A stretch of 64,000 nucleotides of DNA, from the NCBI GenBank assembly GCA_013265495.1, contig MU057947.1, positions 382,048 to 446,047 on the forward strand. The letters are read 5' to 3'. The stretch is from Vicugna vicugna (taxonomy: Eukaryota). Position numbers and translations under genes: made by a program. This document shows positions 36,774 to 49,559 of this stretch, in pieces; position 1 is the stretch's first letter, and every line of letters starts with the position of its first letter. The notes under the pieces are model-generated. The model searched no databases, was not told the origin of the DNA, and saw nothing but the letters and a program-made list of their open reading frames with translations.

Positions 36774-36993
36774 TTTTTTTTTCAATTGAAGTATAGTCAG
36801 TTACAACGTGTCAGTTTCTGGTGCACAGCGCCATGTCCCAGTCATGCATACACAGACATGTATTCATTTTCATATTGTTTTCCATTAAAGGTTGTTACAA
36901 GATATTGCATATAGCTCCCTGTGCTACACAGAAGACATTTGTGTTTTTTCAAATCTATTCTTATATATAGTGACTAACATTTGCGAATCTCAA
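36774..36993 (-). mobile_element. Young L1 3'UTR fragment
   Basis: polyT then 'attgaagtatagtcagttacaa...tacaagatattgcatatagctccctgtgct'. Confidence 0.9.
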
Positions 36994-37030
36994 AGGCTGG
37001 CTGAGTGGTCTAAGAATCTAGACTCAAGTT
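36994..37030 (+). pseudogene. tRNA-Leu(CAA) 5'-half relic
   Basis: AGGCTGGCTGAGTGGTCTAAGAATCTAGACTCAAGTT vs remembered tRNA-Leu-CAA AGGATGGCCGAGTGGTCTAAGGCGCCAGACTCAAGTT: 31/37 ungapped. Confidence 0.6.
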
Positions 37031-37040
37031 TCCACACCTA

Positions 37041-37410
37041 TTTTTTTAAATGTTTTTATTAAAGTATAATCAGTTTACAGTGTTGTGTCGATTTCTGGCG
37101 TACAGCATCATGCTTCAGTCATACATGAACATACATATATCATTTTCATATTCTTTTTCACCACAAGTTACTACAAGATATTGAGTATAGTTCCCTGTGC
37201 TGTACAGTATGAACTTGTTTATTTTATATATAGTAGTTAGTATCTGCAAATCTCAAACTTCCAATTTAAGTTTTCCCCCCTGTTCCCCCCTGGTAACCAT
37301 AAGTTTGTTTTCTATGTCTGTGAGTCTGTTTCTGTTTTGCAAATAAGTTCGTTTGTCTTTTTTTTTTAGATTCCACATATAAGTGATATCATATGGTATT
37401 TTTCTTTCTC
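37041..37410 (-). mobile_element. Young L1 3' end with TSD
   Basis: 'tggtaaccataagtttgttttctatgtctgtgagtctgtttctgtttt', 'tagattccacatataagtgatatcatatggtattt'; flanks AGTTTCCACnnnnATTTTTTTAAA starting at 37027 and 37412. Confidence 0.92.
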
Positions 37411-39132
37411 GAGTTTCCACCTCAATTTTTTTAAAAAAAGAAAAAAGCACATTTAAAATAAAAATTGATGACATAATGCTTTCTCTAAATTCTTAGACAT
37501 TTATGTCTAAACTCTTAAGTTTTTGTGTGGGAGTTTGCTTGTTCATTTTGATAAGAATTTTCTCTACACCAAAAAGAAACATTTTTTTTAGGAATAAATT
37601 CCACCACAAAATATAAACGTTCTCCATATGCAAGGGCTACCAAATTCCTTACCCCAGCCCTGGAACACAAATGCCAAGTCTGGTTCATTTAAGATGAGAT
37701 CTCTTAGAGTGGAACTTACTGCCGGGTTTATCTGTTCCCTCTTCCTTCTCATGTCCCCAAATAGTATTTAAATGCTTATGCGGAGACGCACGGGTGGCGT
37801 TTAGAACCCTTCCTTTTATTTTCTGCTTTAATGTTTTTGTTAAATGTCACAGTGGTGAGAGCATTCGGTGCCGGAGCTGGAGAACGCTCAGAAGTGTCTT
37901 ATTAATTCTTCATAACGCAGTGACAGGCAATGCTTAACAAACAAAGCCCGGACAAGCAAGCCGTGGTGAGTCACCGGGGGGCTGCACGTGGCCCATGCCT
38001 GCCACGGCCTGGGGAAGCACACTTCTGAACAGGAAAGTCATTTTTAACCCTCTTTTCTTTATTCGGTGTTCAACTGAGTCACCCTGCTGGTACTTTACAC
38101 TTGGTTTTAATTGAACACGTACTATTAAATCCAAACTAAGATTCCGGGTCTCTCAATTACCTGCAATTTTTGTCTTTAAAAGAGAAAAAAAAAGGGCCAG
38201 GGAGTCGCCACTGCCCACATTTACTGGGAACCATCTGTTACGCCTCTAATTAAAACCCACTTGTAATGAGCTTGTTAGTGCACAAAACATGTCAGGTGCA
38301 GGATATTATTCATGAAGCCGTTGTTTTGGTGGCTGAACGATGCCTTAAAATCCTATTAGTTTAACAAAGTAATGTATCAGTATTTGACCCAGTATACAAG
38401 AGACTTCAGAATGACCTGGCATCCGGCTCTATGATTTTTTTTCCTCAAATATGTTGCTATTTCTACCTAATATATAGTCAGATGGCCTCTGATAATTGCA
38501 GTATCAAATCTTTGCCTCAATTTCCAACTGCAGGTGATTTCAAATGATTAAAGATGCACACCAGGGAATAAACAAAAATGCTTACATGCAATTATTTTTA
38601 ATTAGTATTTGGCTATAAAGTGTATGCCTTCATAAAAAAGTCTGTTATTCACATAAACATCTGTTACCATACACACAAGGAAACACTGTAAGTCTGTCAT
38701 CACACCACCAAAACAGAAACACGGAGGGAGGCTGGGCAGGAAAGCCTGCACTCTGAGTTTTTAAACAAAAGATGTAAGTCTAACAGCCAAAACAGACGCG
38801 GAGACACACCCTTCAATTAACATCACTCACAATCAAAGGAAGAGCCCTTACCAATGGAATTACACTTGAAAATGTTAAAATAGATGGAATTATTCTTTGA
38901 AAACAATAGAATCTCTGCGCACAAGACAATTTCAAATTCTTTTACTAATTTTGCCCCCATGCACATAATCAGACAGTTTCCTGTTTGCATGCTCTCAACC
39001 GGCTGCTAATTTTCCAGTTTCTCTGCACTCTGATTTTTGTTCATTAACACGTCCAAACTTTGGGAGATGCAGCAGCTTGAATCCCAAGCGATGAATATTA
39101 GCCTTGTTTCATGAAAGTCTCCAGCAAGGGGA

Positions 39133-39139
<7 letters not shown>

Positions 39140-39163
<24 letters not shown>

Positions 39164-39167
39164 TATT
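39140..39167. repeat. (AT)n microsatellite following an A-run
   Basis: Direct reading. Confidence 0.9.
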
Positions 39168-40868
39168 TTAAGTGAGCATGCCCCCACCAAGCACGGGGAG
39201 GGAGACACGGGGAAGTAAATTAACCTGGCTGTAACTGATGGGTGGAGATGGGGCTGCTCTGTGGAGCACTGAGAGGAAAACGAAGGGAGGTGTGAGAACA
39301 CGCTGCCCGCGAGTCACTGGATCTGCGGGAATTACGGGGCTCCCGTCGGAAGCTCTTGGAAGCGCACAGCTCCAGGACCACCCCAGCAGCCCGAGTTAAC
39401 ACACTCTGCGCAGCCCAAAAGCTGCAGCTTTTATTAAAGGCACAGTTCACCTGCCAAAAGAACTTATCTTCATTTGCATAAAAATGCAGACAATAGTTTG
39501 ATTGGATCACACAAACCTGCGTTAATACCGTTGCCGCACTCTGACGTCGGTGCGCAAATTAGGCAGGAATCGTGACCCCTGGCGGTGGGTCTGGCTGCGG
39601 CCCCTTTGGGACCCACCGGCGGTAGTTACGGTGACGCTCCCTGCACCAGGCTCCTGCTTGGCCTTACCAGGTGGCGTTCCCTGCCTCGCTTGGGCACTGC
39701 ACCCTGGGGGGATGCTGTGTTCGAGATTCTGATGAGTAAGCAAGCAGACAGAAGGACCTTGAAGGACCTCCGCATCTTGCCCTCAGCAATTCTAATTGTC
39801 CAAACTCAACTCTGCCTCCACGGACAGGGCTGGAGGACCTAAGAGTGAGGACAGATGCCCAAGGTGGTGGCGTGCCTCCACGCTGCCCACCCCTCCAGCC
39901 AGCTAGCCTCCTTCACCCACATGCGGGAGCCAAGACCAGGACTAGAATCATTTGGGAGGCTGGTATTAATCTGCGGCCACGATGCCTTTAAAACCTGGCC
40001 GCCCGGCAGCCAAAGACCCTGCTCACTCAAGGGCAAGCTACACAATCATTAGCAGCCCCGTGTAATTTAAAAATATAACCAAGAACAATTGAAAGGAAGA
40101 AATATACTGTGGGACTCAATCTATTGATCAAGAGCCCCCCAAAGACAGGCCGTAAATAAAATGGCACAATGACCAGAAAAGGCAGGTTTTACATTAAGAA
40201 GCAGCAAATTCATTGCCGGGGTGAGCCGGGGAGCCAGGCCAGAGGGCTCACAGCATCCTGGCAGGCAGGCCGGTGAAAGATGGCCCCATTCCTCACAGGG
40301 AGACGTGCTGGGGGAGGGCCTGGCTGCCCTTTGCTAAGCACCCGTTTCTCATGCGGGGAATCCTCATTTTTCAATCACACCCACCCTCGGGCTTCCCCGC
40401 CTTCCCCACCACGTCAGTCCCTCAGCCCCATCTCTCCAGGTGAGAGACATTTAACCACATCCTGTCCTGACCCTGGGCCTCCCTTCTGGTCTGTGGCTGA
40501 CAGTGCAAGGAAGGCGGTCCTCCAATTTCTAGGGATGCACCTGGTGCCTCCCGGCCCCAGCGGAGGGCAGGTGGCCCAGCAGGTGGAGGACAGCGCGCCA
40601 GCTTGCCTCCCCAGTCAGCCGTGTGACATGGGACCTCGCCGCCTCCCGCCCTCTCAGAGCTGGAATCCAGACACCTTTCTAGCTGAGGGGCTAAAGCTGG
40701 ACCCACATTTTGAAAAGCACAGGTTTCTATTTCTAAGTAGCATGAGTTGTAAATGAAGCAACAAAGAAGATAAACACTCAAGGTTAATGCGATGTAACCC
40801 CACGATGTCATGGGTCCACCAGCAGAGCTCCCGTTACTGGTCTGGAAAGCTCCTGGTAACTTTCCCAG

Positions 40869-41223
40869 CAGGGCTGGGAGTAGAGGGAGAGAGTGAGACA
40901 CTTCACCTCGGGCACAGGTTTTGAGGTGGTGCCCCCAAACTCCACAATCAGTAGATAATATTTCAATATTTTTAAAAATAAAAATTAATGCAAATGAAGC
41001 AACAATAGCACTGTGTCAAACCATACTAGAGACCGAGGCACGAGAAAACAGCAGGGACACTGTCCCCGTCCCCACGTAAAATGCTGACATTCAATTCACT
41101 GTGGATTTTTTGCATTCATTTCGATTTCTTCAGTATTGCACTCAAGCACTACGAGTTTCGGTGGCCGGGTTTTCAGGAGCCCAAAGCGAGCACTTCGCTC
41201 ACCTCACCCTGAGCCCTGCCTCC
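40869..41223. mobile_element. MER96B hAT DNA transposon
   Basis: Start 'cagggctgggagtag'; internal 'aaaattaatgcaaa' with its inverted partner 'tttgcattcattt'; end 'ctcacctcaccctgagccctgcc'. Confidence 0.8.
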
Positions 41224-42189
41224 CCCTCTGGAGGAGGTGAGGGCAATTCAGTGTGCAAGCTGTGCCCTCATTCCCGAGACCGGGGGCTGGACTCACGTCT
41301 CGGTAGCTGCGTTGTGTTGGCTCCTGTGCAGGCACCTGATGCTTTTGAAGACCGTACAAAGTTTCACTAGGGACGCAGCGTGGCCAGCGAGCGCCGCGGC
41401 TTTACAGGGTTTATGGAGAGCAGAATGTGTCCTCGGCGCCCAGGACGCTGGAGCCGTCGGGCGCAGTGACATGTCTTCCGTGCTGGGTGCTTCCTCATGT
41501 TTGTACTTAACTGTGTTAATGTCTTATGTGTGCATATCACTCAAGAGACTACAGCCGGTATAAAATTAATCAGCGTTAAGATGTCTGTTGGCGCGCACAG
41601 CATCCAAACTGGCAGATCCTCTGATTTTATGGCCGTTTATTTTCTTGTCAGCAGAGACTGGCTGCGTGGTGCAGAGGCAGAGCCACCAGCCAGTCCAGGC
41701 ACGGGTTTCTGGCTGCCATCCGGTCTGTTGGTGGACACTGGGCCATGCATTCAACCTGCCCGCGTCTACCTCCCCTCTGCACCTCTGCAGGCTCTCTAAG
41801 CCCCGCCTCCTCCAGCCGCTGCATCACCTGTTGTGCGCAGGCTCTGACCTGCTTTGGTCACCGTGGTGACGGCATCTCTCATCGGAGGGCACTGAGCGCC
41901 CCTTGCTTCCTGCCCCAGGCTGCCGAGGGAACCTCCTCGTGAGCCTCCTGTGCCCTGTGGGCACAGCTCCGAAGAACAGGGTGTTTGCACCCTCAGGCCA
42001 CCCACCTTGGACCAGAGCGGGGCGAGGCGGGTGGAAGCAGTATCGCCAAGGTTTTGTAGGTGACTTACAAAAAGTGTCTTGGAACAGCCCCTTGGGGACA
42101 AAGGGAGAAGCATTTCTCCATCAGCCTCTGTCATTCATTGAAGTTGTTCTTCTCTGAACCTGAATTTTCTGCTGGGTCTCCGGTGCAGG

Positions 42190-42385
42190 TAGTTTCCGGT
42201 GTGTTCTCTCTCCCCTCATGTCACTAACATCACACGGGCTGTTTTTCACCCCTCACTGCCCTTTCCGTGGTTTAATTGTCTATGCCCTGGTTAAATTACA
42301 AATTTGGCTCTCTGTACGCTCCCTTGAATTCCCTCGTAGTGCCGCCAATAATACTACTCAATAAAGATTGATGGATTGATTGGAT
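42190..42385 (+). mobile_element. L2 3' end fragment
   Basis: 'tagtgccg...ctcaataaagattgatggattgattgg' matches the L2 terminus with a decayed tail. Confidence 0.55.
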
Positions 42386-43939
42386 CCAGGAATGAAAAAC
42401 TCTAGGAAGCACACTTAAGAGTCAAAGAAAGGACTAGAGTCGTAAGCCTAGGAATCAGCAAATTAACATGCATGATAGAAACGCGTAACCAAAACAGGGC
42501 TGTGAATTGGAACATTTACTGAATATTTCCTAGAGCATGTAATAAGAAAATAAACCATTGAGGTGTTTTCAATAGTTTTGTTTAGAGAACAGAACAAATG
42601 TATATCCAAGTGATTTGGATAATATTTGAAATACGCAGTGAAATGTTCGCAGGTATTAAAAACTCAGGCATGTACTTAAGGCTCGCCTTTCTCCCGCCTG
42701 CTTCACAATCCCGCACAGCGCCTGGGCGCGTTCCCTACAGCAGGCAGCCGCCTTCCCCGCTATTTCCCGCTCTCCCAACCTGGGCGGGCTGGGCCACTGT
42801 TTGTTTTGCACCTGTGCACCTTCCCCTGGGAGCGGGCTTTCTTTTGTTTTTTCCAGCAGCCCCACACATCAGGATGGCCTCGCCTCTGGGGGAGGAATGA
42901 GCAGGGGACCCAAGTCCGTCCCCACTGCTGGTCCCAGTCCCCGGTTCAGGCAAAGACGTAGCTCACACAGGGGTCAGGAAAAGGCTTCCCAAAGGTCTGA
43001 GATGTGGGTACCAAGACCATCTCTTTCTTCTCTCTCACTGCCTCTGGCCTGAAAGCTCCAAGGGCCATCGAGGGCGTCTGGAGCTGCTCTGGTTCCTGAG
43101 TAAGCCCCGCAGAAGAGCTTTATGCAGAATGGGGCCACCCAGGGCAGCAGTGTATGGGGGAGAGAAACAGAGACAGAATGAAAACCTAGGAAGTCCTTTG
43201 ACCTCTGGATCCCGCTGTGCTGGAGCTCGGGCTCTCAGTGTCACGAACCAAACTAATGTCCTTGGACTTCGGCTGCGTTTCTGTCACTTGCCGTGAACGA
43301 GTCCAACTAGCACACTTGTTTCTGTCTAAGTTTGAGTCACAAGTGTCCACAGCCTGTGTTACACGGGGCTTGACCTCATAGTCGCTGTTATAAACACATC
43401 AGCGCTTCAAGGTCTCCTGATGCTAAAAACAGTATTTCCTTTTGTGATTTTCTTCTTTCTCACCGAAGAGCACCTTTCTTCTGCTTCAAGTTTATGCAGC
43501 TATGTTCTTCGTAGGAACTCTCAGTGGAGGGAGGGACTGAACACTTAATTGATAGTGAGTATAGATCTGTTTTCATTTCCAAGTTCATTGAAATAACAAG
43601 CACATCCCGTAACTAACTCCAAGGGAAGCCTCATCAGCGGAAACGAAAGCCTAGCAAAAGCTCCTTCATAAAAACCTGAAGCACTAGGTCTGAAAGGGAA
43701 CAAATGTTCCCAAATTCAGGATCTGTGGGTACTCCTTGCTCTAAATGATTTTAAGAAACAAGACCAGCGGCATCCTTGGCTGGGTGATCTTGCCGAGCAC
43801 CCGTCAGCTTCAGTGGAAGCCGGGGGTGTTCTGAGCCCCAGCCCTGAGCACTTAGCACCACGAGGATGCACCTTTATTCCTGGCTGACCTAATTAAAGAT
43901 GAAGAGAAATGCACGGGTTATCATCTATGTGTCCTCTAA

Positions 43940-44130
43940 ATTAATTCACTTATTCATTCAACCTCAGGCCCGCGGTGTCACGTGTGGACCGCTGCCCCCT
44001 GGAAGCTTAGATAGTGGGGGACAAAGGGACCGGCTCCCTGTTCTTGTGGAACCTGCGGTCTGACGGGGAACACAGGAAAAAACCCCAAGCAAATAAATAC
44101 TATTTATTAATTGAAGCAAGTGCAACCGGG
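43940..44130 (-). mobile_element. L2 3' end fragment
   Basis: 'attcacttattcattcaac...ccctgttcttgtggaacctgcggtctgacgggg'. Confidence 0.7.
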
Positions 44131-45130
44131 GGAGAAGCCGCGGCGGCTGAGGAGCCTCAGGAGGACGCCCGCCTTCCGTCGGGCGGGCTGGGAGCCCCCG
44201 TCCTATGCTGCTCTCCCAGGAGCAGCACTCTTCCTCTTAATGTCTGTCCTTCCACAGGTGAGCGTATATAAAACCAAACTATAAACACAGCCAGGTTTGA
44301 ATACCGATGGACACACGGGGGCTTACGACGAGCCCCCGTGGTCCGTCACAAACGCGCTGTTCGGGGCTGCACACCAGACCCCCTCCCAAGCGGGGGAGAG
44401 CTCCGAAGCGGGCGCGGCGGCCGACGGCGGCTCCGCCCAGTCCCAGCGCTGCCGCTGCTGTGCGTGTGGCCCGCGGCGGGAGACCCCCCTGCCCGCTTTC
44501 CCACCTGTAGGACCCAGTGTTTTTTCTCATAACGGTGCGTCTGTGACACGGCTACCGCAGGCGTCGCCCAGGAGCAGGGGGCAGGGCTCCAGCTCTGCGG
44601 GGAGCGAGCGCCCCTGGAGGCACAGGACAGGGACGCCCTGCCCAGCCGGGCCCACTGCTGCGGGGAAGCTCTCTGGGAAGAATGGCTTCACACAAACTGG
44701 ATATTTAGGACCCGCCTCCCGAGAGCTTCATCCTCCCGAAGTCGATGGAGAGACGGGCGGCCCCAGCACCCTGCATGGGTGGCGCCTTCTCTGCCCCACA
44801 GCCCCCTGACCACTTAGCACCTGCTTTCAAGAGCATCTCCTGACACCGACCGCCCGGCAGCCAAATCGACAGAAGAAACATCACATCCTCCTCCAGAAGG
44901 AAGGACAGAGCCGTTCCAGGCGGAGCCTCGCCTTCCGCCGCCTCCCCGGGAGCCGCAGCCCCAGTCCGGTCCAGGCGCCCTGCGTGGTCGGGGCTGGGGC
45001 TGCGCCACACGGGCTTCGGAGCGCGCGAGCGCGTGCACAGAGTGGGGAGGTGACACGTTCCGCAGGAGGAAAGGCCACCCCTGGAGAAAGCACGGGCACG
45101 GGCAGGTGCCGCCACCGACAATTCCAGAGA
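44130..45130. promoter_or_regulatory. CpG-island-like segment with TATA-like element at 44265-44273
   Basis: High GC/CpG over ~1 kb; TATATAAAA embedded near the left edge. Confidence 0.7.
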
Positions 45131-47268
45131 CGCTTCCCCATACGGTCAATGAATGTGGCGGGAAGAAAATACAGCTTCTGTGTGGAAGCAAACTGCCTGC
45201 TGATTTCCAGGCTTCAGCAAAATGCATCTTGGGGATAGATGGTCATTTAGGGGCCAGAAAAAGGCCTTGTTAGGCCTTTGGGTTGAGCGAGAGGAGGTCG
45301 GGGAAGGGTAGAAATAGGAAGAGCTTATCTGTTCTGCCCACCAGGAGACAGCAGTTGGGGCGTGGACGACACCTGAGACCTTGGGAGACAAGGGGCCGGT
45401 GGCAAGGGGAAGGGGGGGGGCGCCTGAGACGGCTGTTAAGCAGGGGAAGCCAAAAATAGGGCGGCAATCAGTGCCTCCCAGGGGAGGCCCAGACAGGGAG
45501 GCACTCCCTGTGGGGTGGGGGGTGGCAGATGGATTTTTAGAGCTCTGAACACTGAACGGCACTTTGCACTCTGGTGACGTATAATCTTTTCTATTTCCTC
45601 CAAATCTTCAATAAAGCAGGCCGTGCACAGTGGCCTTGGGCTGGGAGAACTTTGGGGAGGTGAAGGGCGAGCGAGGGACAGGGCAGCAGGGACTGAGAGC
45701 CGCGGGGACGGGCGGAGCTCAAGGATCCTGGGCAGGTGGGATCAGAGCAAGAGCGGACCTGAGTACCCTGAACACCCCCACGTCCTGAGGAGCGAGGCGG
45801 GGCGGGTAACGGATCTCCCAGAGTCCACGAGACGGGACAGCCAGTCATTTTTATTGCAAACACGGAAGGACAGAACAACCCAAGGAGTTTGCAGGTGCCC
45901 AGGTGACAGGCAGGCATGTTTTGTGAGTGACAGGCATACACCCAGACTTCCGTTTTCTGACCTGTCTCTGATAAAAGGAAGTCAGTCGTGTCCTCCGTGA
46001 ACTCTGCCGTGTGTAAGTGCCCTGTGGGAAGTCCATTTTGCTGGGAACAGAGGACCTATTTGTCATATTTGGGGAAGATGAAGAACATTAAGAAAGTTTC
46101 ACTTCCCTGCCTTTTGTCTTCTCTGCAGCTGTTTTCACGATTCGGGGTGTTGGTCCCCCTTCCCAACACAGAGAGCCAGCCCTCTGTCCGCCCTGGGGCC
46201 CACGTACCCCGGGGGAGCCAAAGGTTCCTGAAGGAAGAATGACTTCCTGGTCCGCCCCATGACCAAACCATGCTCCTCAGAGAGAATCGCCTCTTCCCCG
46301 GGTGAGAGGAGTCAGACCCGGGCTTGACCCAGCTCCTGAAAGACAGCTGCGCTTGCTACCAGTCTGCTGAAACAAAAAATCCGACTTCTGAAGCACCTAA
46401 CGTTGAGGTCCTACAAGGGGGGGCCCTAGGTCCCATCTCTGTGGTTGTATCTTTGTGGAGGAATATGGAAGCTCATGGCCAGCATTAAAGAAAAAGATGT
46501 TGGACTGAAGTGAAGCTGAGATGGCGTATCTGAAAAAGCAGAGCCATCCAGGGAAAGTCTCATATTGCTTAAGTGGAGTGTGTTTTCTGGCGCTGCTTTA
46601 AGAAGAGCGGTTAGAGCAGGGCACTGGGGGTCACCTCCCTTTCTAGGGACAAATGACAGACCTACGGAGACAGTCTTTCTGCGCTGACACGTGAGAACGT
46701 GTGCGGATCCTGCCCGTTTGTCTGCGGTTGATCTCCTGAACCACAGGAACGATGGAAAATGTGTCAGGGAAATGGCTGCACTTTCTGCGAGTTCTCAAGG
46801 CTCCAAAATAAAGAACTATCTAAGCCCATGAGAGCATTTGGCCAAAACCACATTACTAGTCCTAAAAAGAAAATGAAATAAAATAGCTTAGGTCAGAGTT
46901 GCAAGTAAATGAATCTATTCTTCTGAGATTCAGTATTGATGGTGGAGGGCCATCTGGACACAATAACAGAAAATAAAGCCAAATGAGGACAGGTGGAAAT
47001 GCCACTTTCTCATAGGAGACGCCGATAAATGAACAGAACTCTCTCTCCATGGTTCGCTGTTCTGGAATATGACGCGCTCTCTCGGTCGTTAGACCTTCAT
47101 TTCTATAACCACAGTGAAAAGGAAAAAGGCAAAATCAGAATGAATCTCATAATATCCTCTCTCTGCCTTACAAAAATAGTTATCTGATTTCTCAAATAAT
47201 TTTTTCTTCATCATTTTTCACCCCTGAAAATAATCGTTTTTCCATAAAAATAAGGAGTGAGAACTGTA

Positions 47269-49240
47269 CTTCCGGTTGACTGCGGCAGACGGAACCCCCT
47301 TGTTTATCTCCATCCCTTCCTGAAATACCACTGAAATGACAGTGATGGAATTATAAAAAGTCATGAACTCATAAAGACAAAGGAGACAGGATAGGGCATG
47401 GCAGCCCGCAGGAAAAGGTGCCAAGTTGGGGTGACAGAGAGCAGACGGATGAGTGAAGCCAGAATAGTGCAAAGAGCAGAAACCTACTCACTTAGTGAGA
47501 ACTAAGTCGATTTTCGCTGCAGAACTCCAGAAAGGGCCAGCTTTGCAGGCACCTGGAACCTCTGAGGGCATCAGCACACATAGTGATTCAAGAAACCCGC
47601 GTGATTAGAAGACCCAAGTTCGCCTCCCCCAGCCCGACTGCCTGGAAACGGCCCCCTCCGCCTCAGCAGAAGAGAGGCGGAAGGCTGCCGTCTGTGCGGG
47701 CTGATCCCACGACTGCCTGGACCTGGGGACTCCAGGCATCTGAGGGTAAAGACAAGGCGTCACACTGAAAGCAGGAAAGCGAGTGAGCGTCTGCGTGCTG
47801 GGCGCTATGATGCCTCGTTTGTTTCTCCTCTTGGTTCCTAAAACCTGCAGCCTCCTGGTAAGAGTCTGGCGGGGGTTCCCCTGAAGAAACAGGTCCACTC
47901 AGACAAGGAGACCCTCCAAAGCTGAGCTTTGAGCCTCAGCCCCACGGCACGGCCAGTCCTGACCGGAGCACCGACGGCAATGCCACCGGTCCAGAAGCCC
48001 ACTCCCCGACAGCGTGCCCAGAAACCCCTGCAGCGCCTCCCACCAGGCAGCCAGTAGTCCCCACATGCTTGAAGAAAACCACTAATTTGAGTCAACGTAA
48101 GTAAGCGGTGAAACACCTCGTAGGAAACAGAGTGAAGTGAGCAGAATGAATCCTCCAATGAGTGAGCAATTGATATTCTCAGACACGAGAGGTCTTTGCA
48201 GTCATAAAACAAGAATTTAGGACTAATTTTTTAAAAGCGCATCCAGAAAACAATTTTTAAAAGTCCTTGGAAACTAAAAATACGGTAAAAAGAAAATGTT
48301 TTTTTACTGTAGTGGAAGATTTAGGAGATAAAGTTGAGGAAACCTCCAAGAAAGTAGGGCAAAATGCTAAAGAGAAAATAGGAGAGAAAAGATAAGAAGC
48401 TTAGGAGGATTAATCAAGGAGGGCTACTATTTAAGTAGTAGGCGGGCCGCAAAGACAAGCAAAGCGAATGGAGGGAGATGGTTGAAAAGTATTTTTTTTT
48501 TAATGTCCTTAGATCCAAAGCCCAGTGGTCACTAGATTTAAGTCTGCCAAGTGCACAGTCCAATGAATGCAAATATTCCTACACTAAGGTGTATCACCAT
48601 GAAATTTTAGCACACAAGGAGCAAAGGGGAGATTCTAAAATGTTCCTGCAAAGGTGAGGAGGAAATAGGTCACATACAAGAAGAAGGAGGAGGAGGAGAG
48701 GAACAGGGGGAGGAGGGGGAGGTGGGGGAGGAAGGGGGGAGAATAGAAGAATTAAGTTTCTTAACAGCAACCATGGAAGCTGGGTAACAATGGGAAAACG
48801 CCTTCAAAATTATGAGATAAGATCACGGACAACCTAGAATTCTATACGTAGCTATGTGATTAGTTAAGTGTGAGGATAGAATTTTCAGTGATGCAAGGTC
48901 CCAAAAACTTACCTCACAAACACCTTTTCTTAGAATGTTACTGGGAAATTGAAGCAGGAGAACAGGCCACTCTGGGAAGGACGCCTGCAACTAAAAGCAA
49001 TGGAACCAACTCATTACCTCATGTGTGACCGCATGAATAGAGGACTTACACCCCAGGCAAAGGTTTGGGGTGTGAAGCAAATACATTTAGCAAGTAAAAT
49101 TAGACAAGGTTTTTAAAATGAAGCAATCACTAACTCCAGGAAAAGCAAAAAGGTTTACAACAAAATAAACATAACCAAAGTAAATGGTTCTGAAAACTTG
49201 CTAAGTCAAAATCATGCAAAACCTGAGTATTACTTTAATC
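47269..49240 (+). mobile_element. HAL1 (half-L1) element: 5'UTR plus decayed ORF1-like region
   Basis: 5' end 'acttccggttgactgcggcag...cccttcctgaaataccactgaaatgacagt'; ORF1-type 'gataaagttgaggaaacctcca', 'aatgggaaaacgccttcaaaatt', 'aacctagaattctatac'; no ORF2-like sequence follows. Confidence 0.8.
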
Positions 49241-49559
49241 CACACCTCCTTCTCACTCAGAGAAGCAACCTTCATGTAAATTCCACCCGGACAGGGGCTA
49301 GTCTTCTCTTCAGTTAAGATAAATTCCAGGAAAAGCACCTACTGGACATGTAACTTCTCCTCAAGGGAAGCACATCTTTTCAGTGAGACTCGGGATCTCG
49401 AGGGTGGGACTGAGACACCGTAACTGTATTTCCTTGGGTATCACAGCTCCTGGAGTCGGGGTTCGGATTTCAGCTGTGGCTTGATTTGTTGTGGTGGCAG
49501 GTTTCTTGCCTTGTCATTTCAGATGGACCCTTGGACCAGGCTTGCCTACCTTTCTCAAT

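Noticed and set aside
42365..42385. PBX-HOX1-like TGATGGAT/AGATTGATGG repeats
   Set aside because: Better explained as the decayed tail of an L2 3' end.
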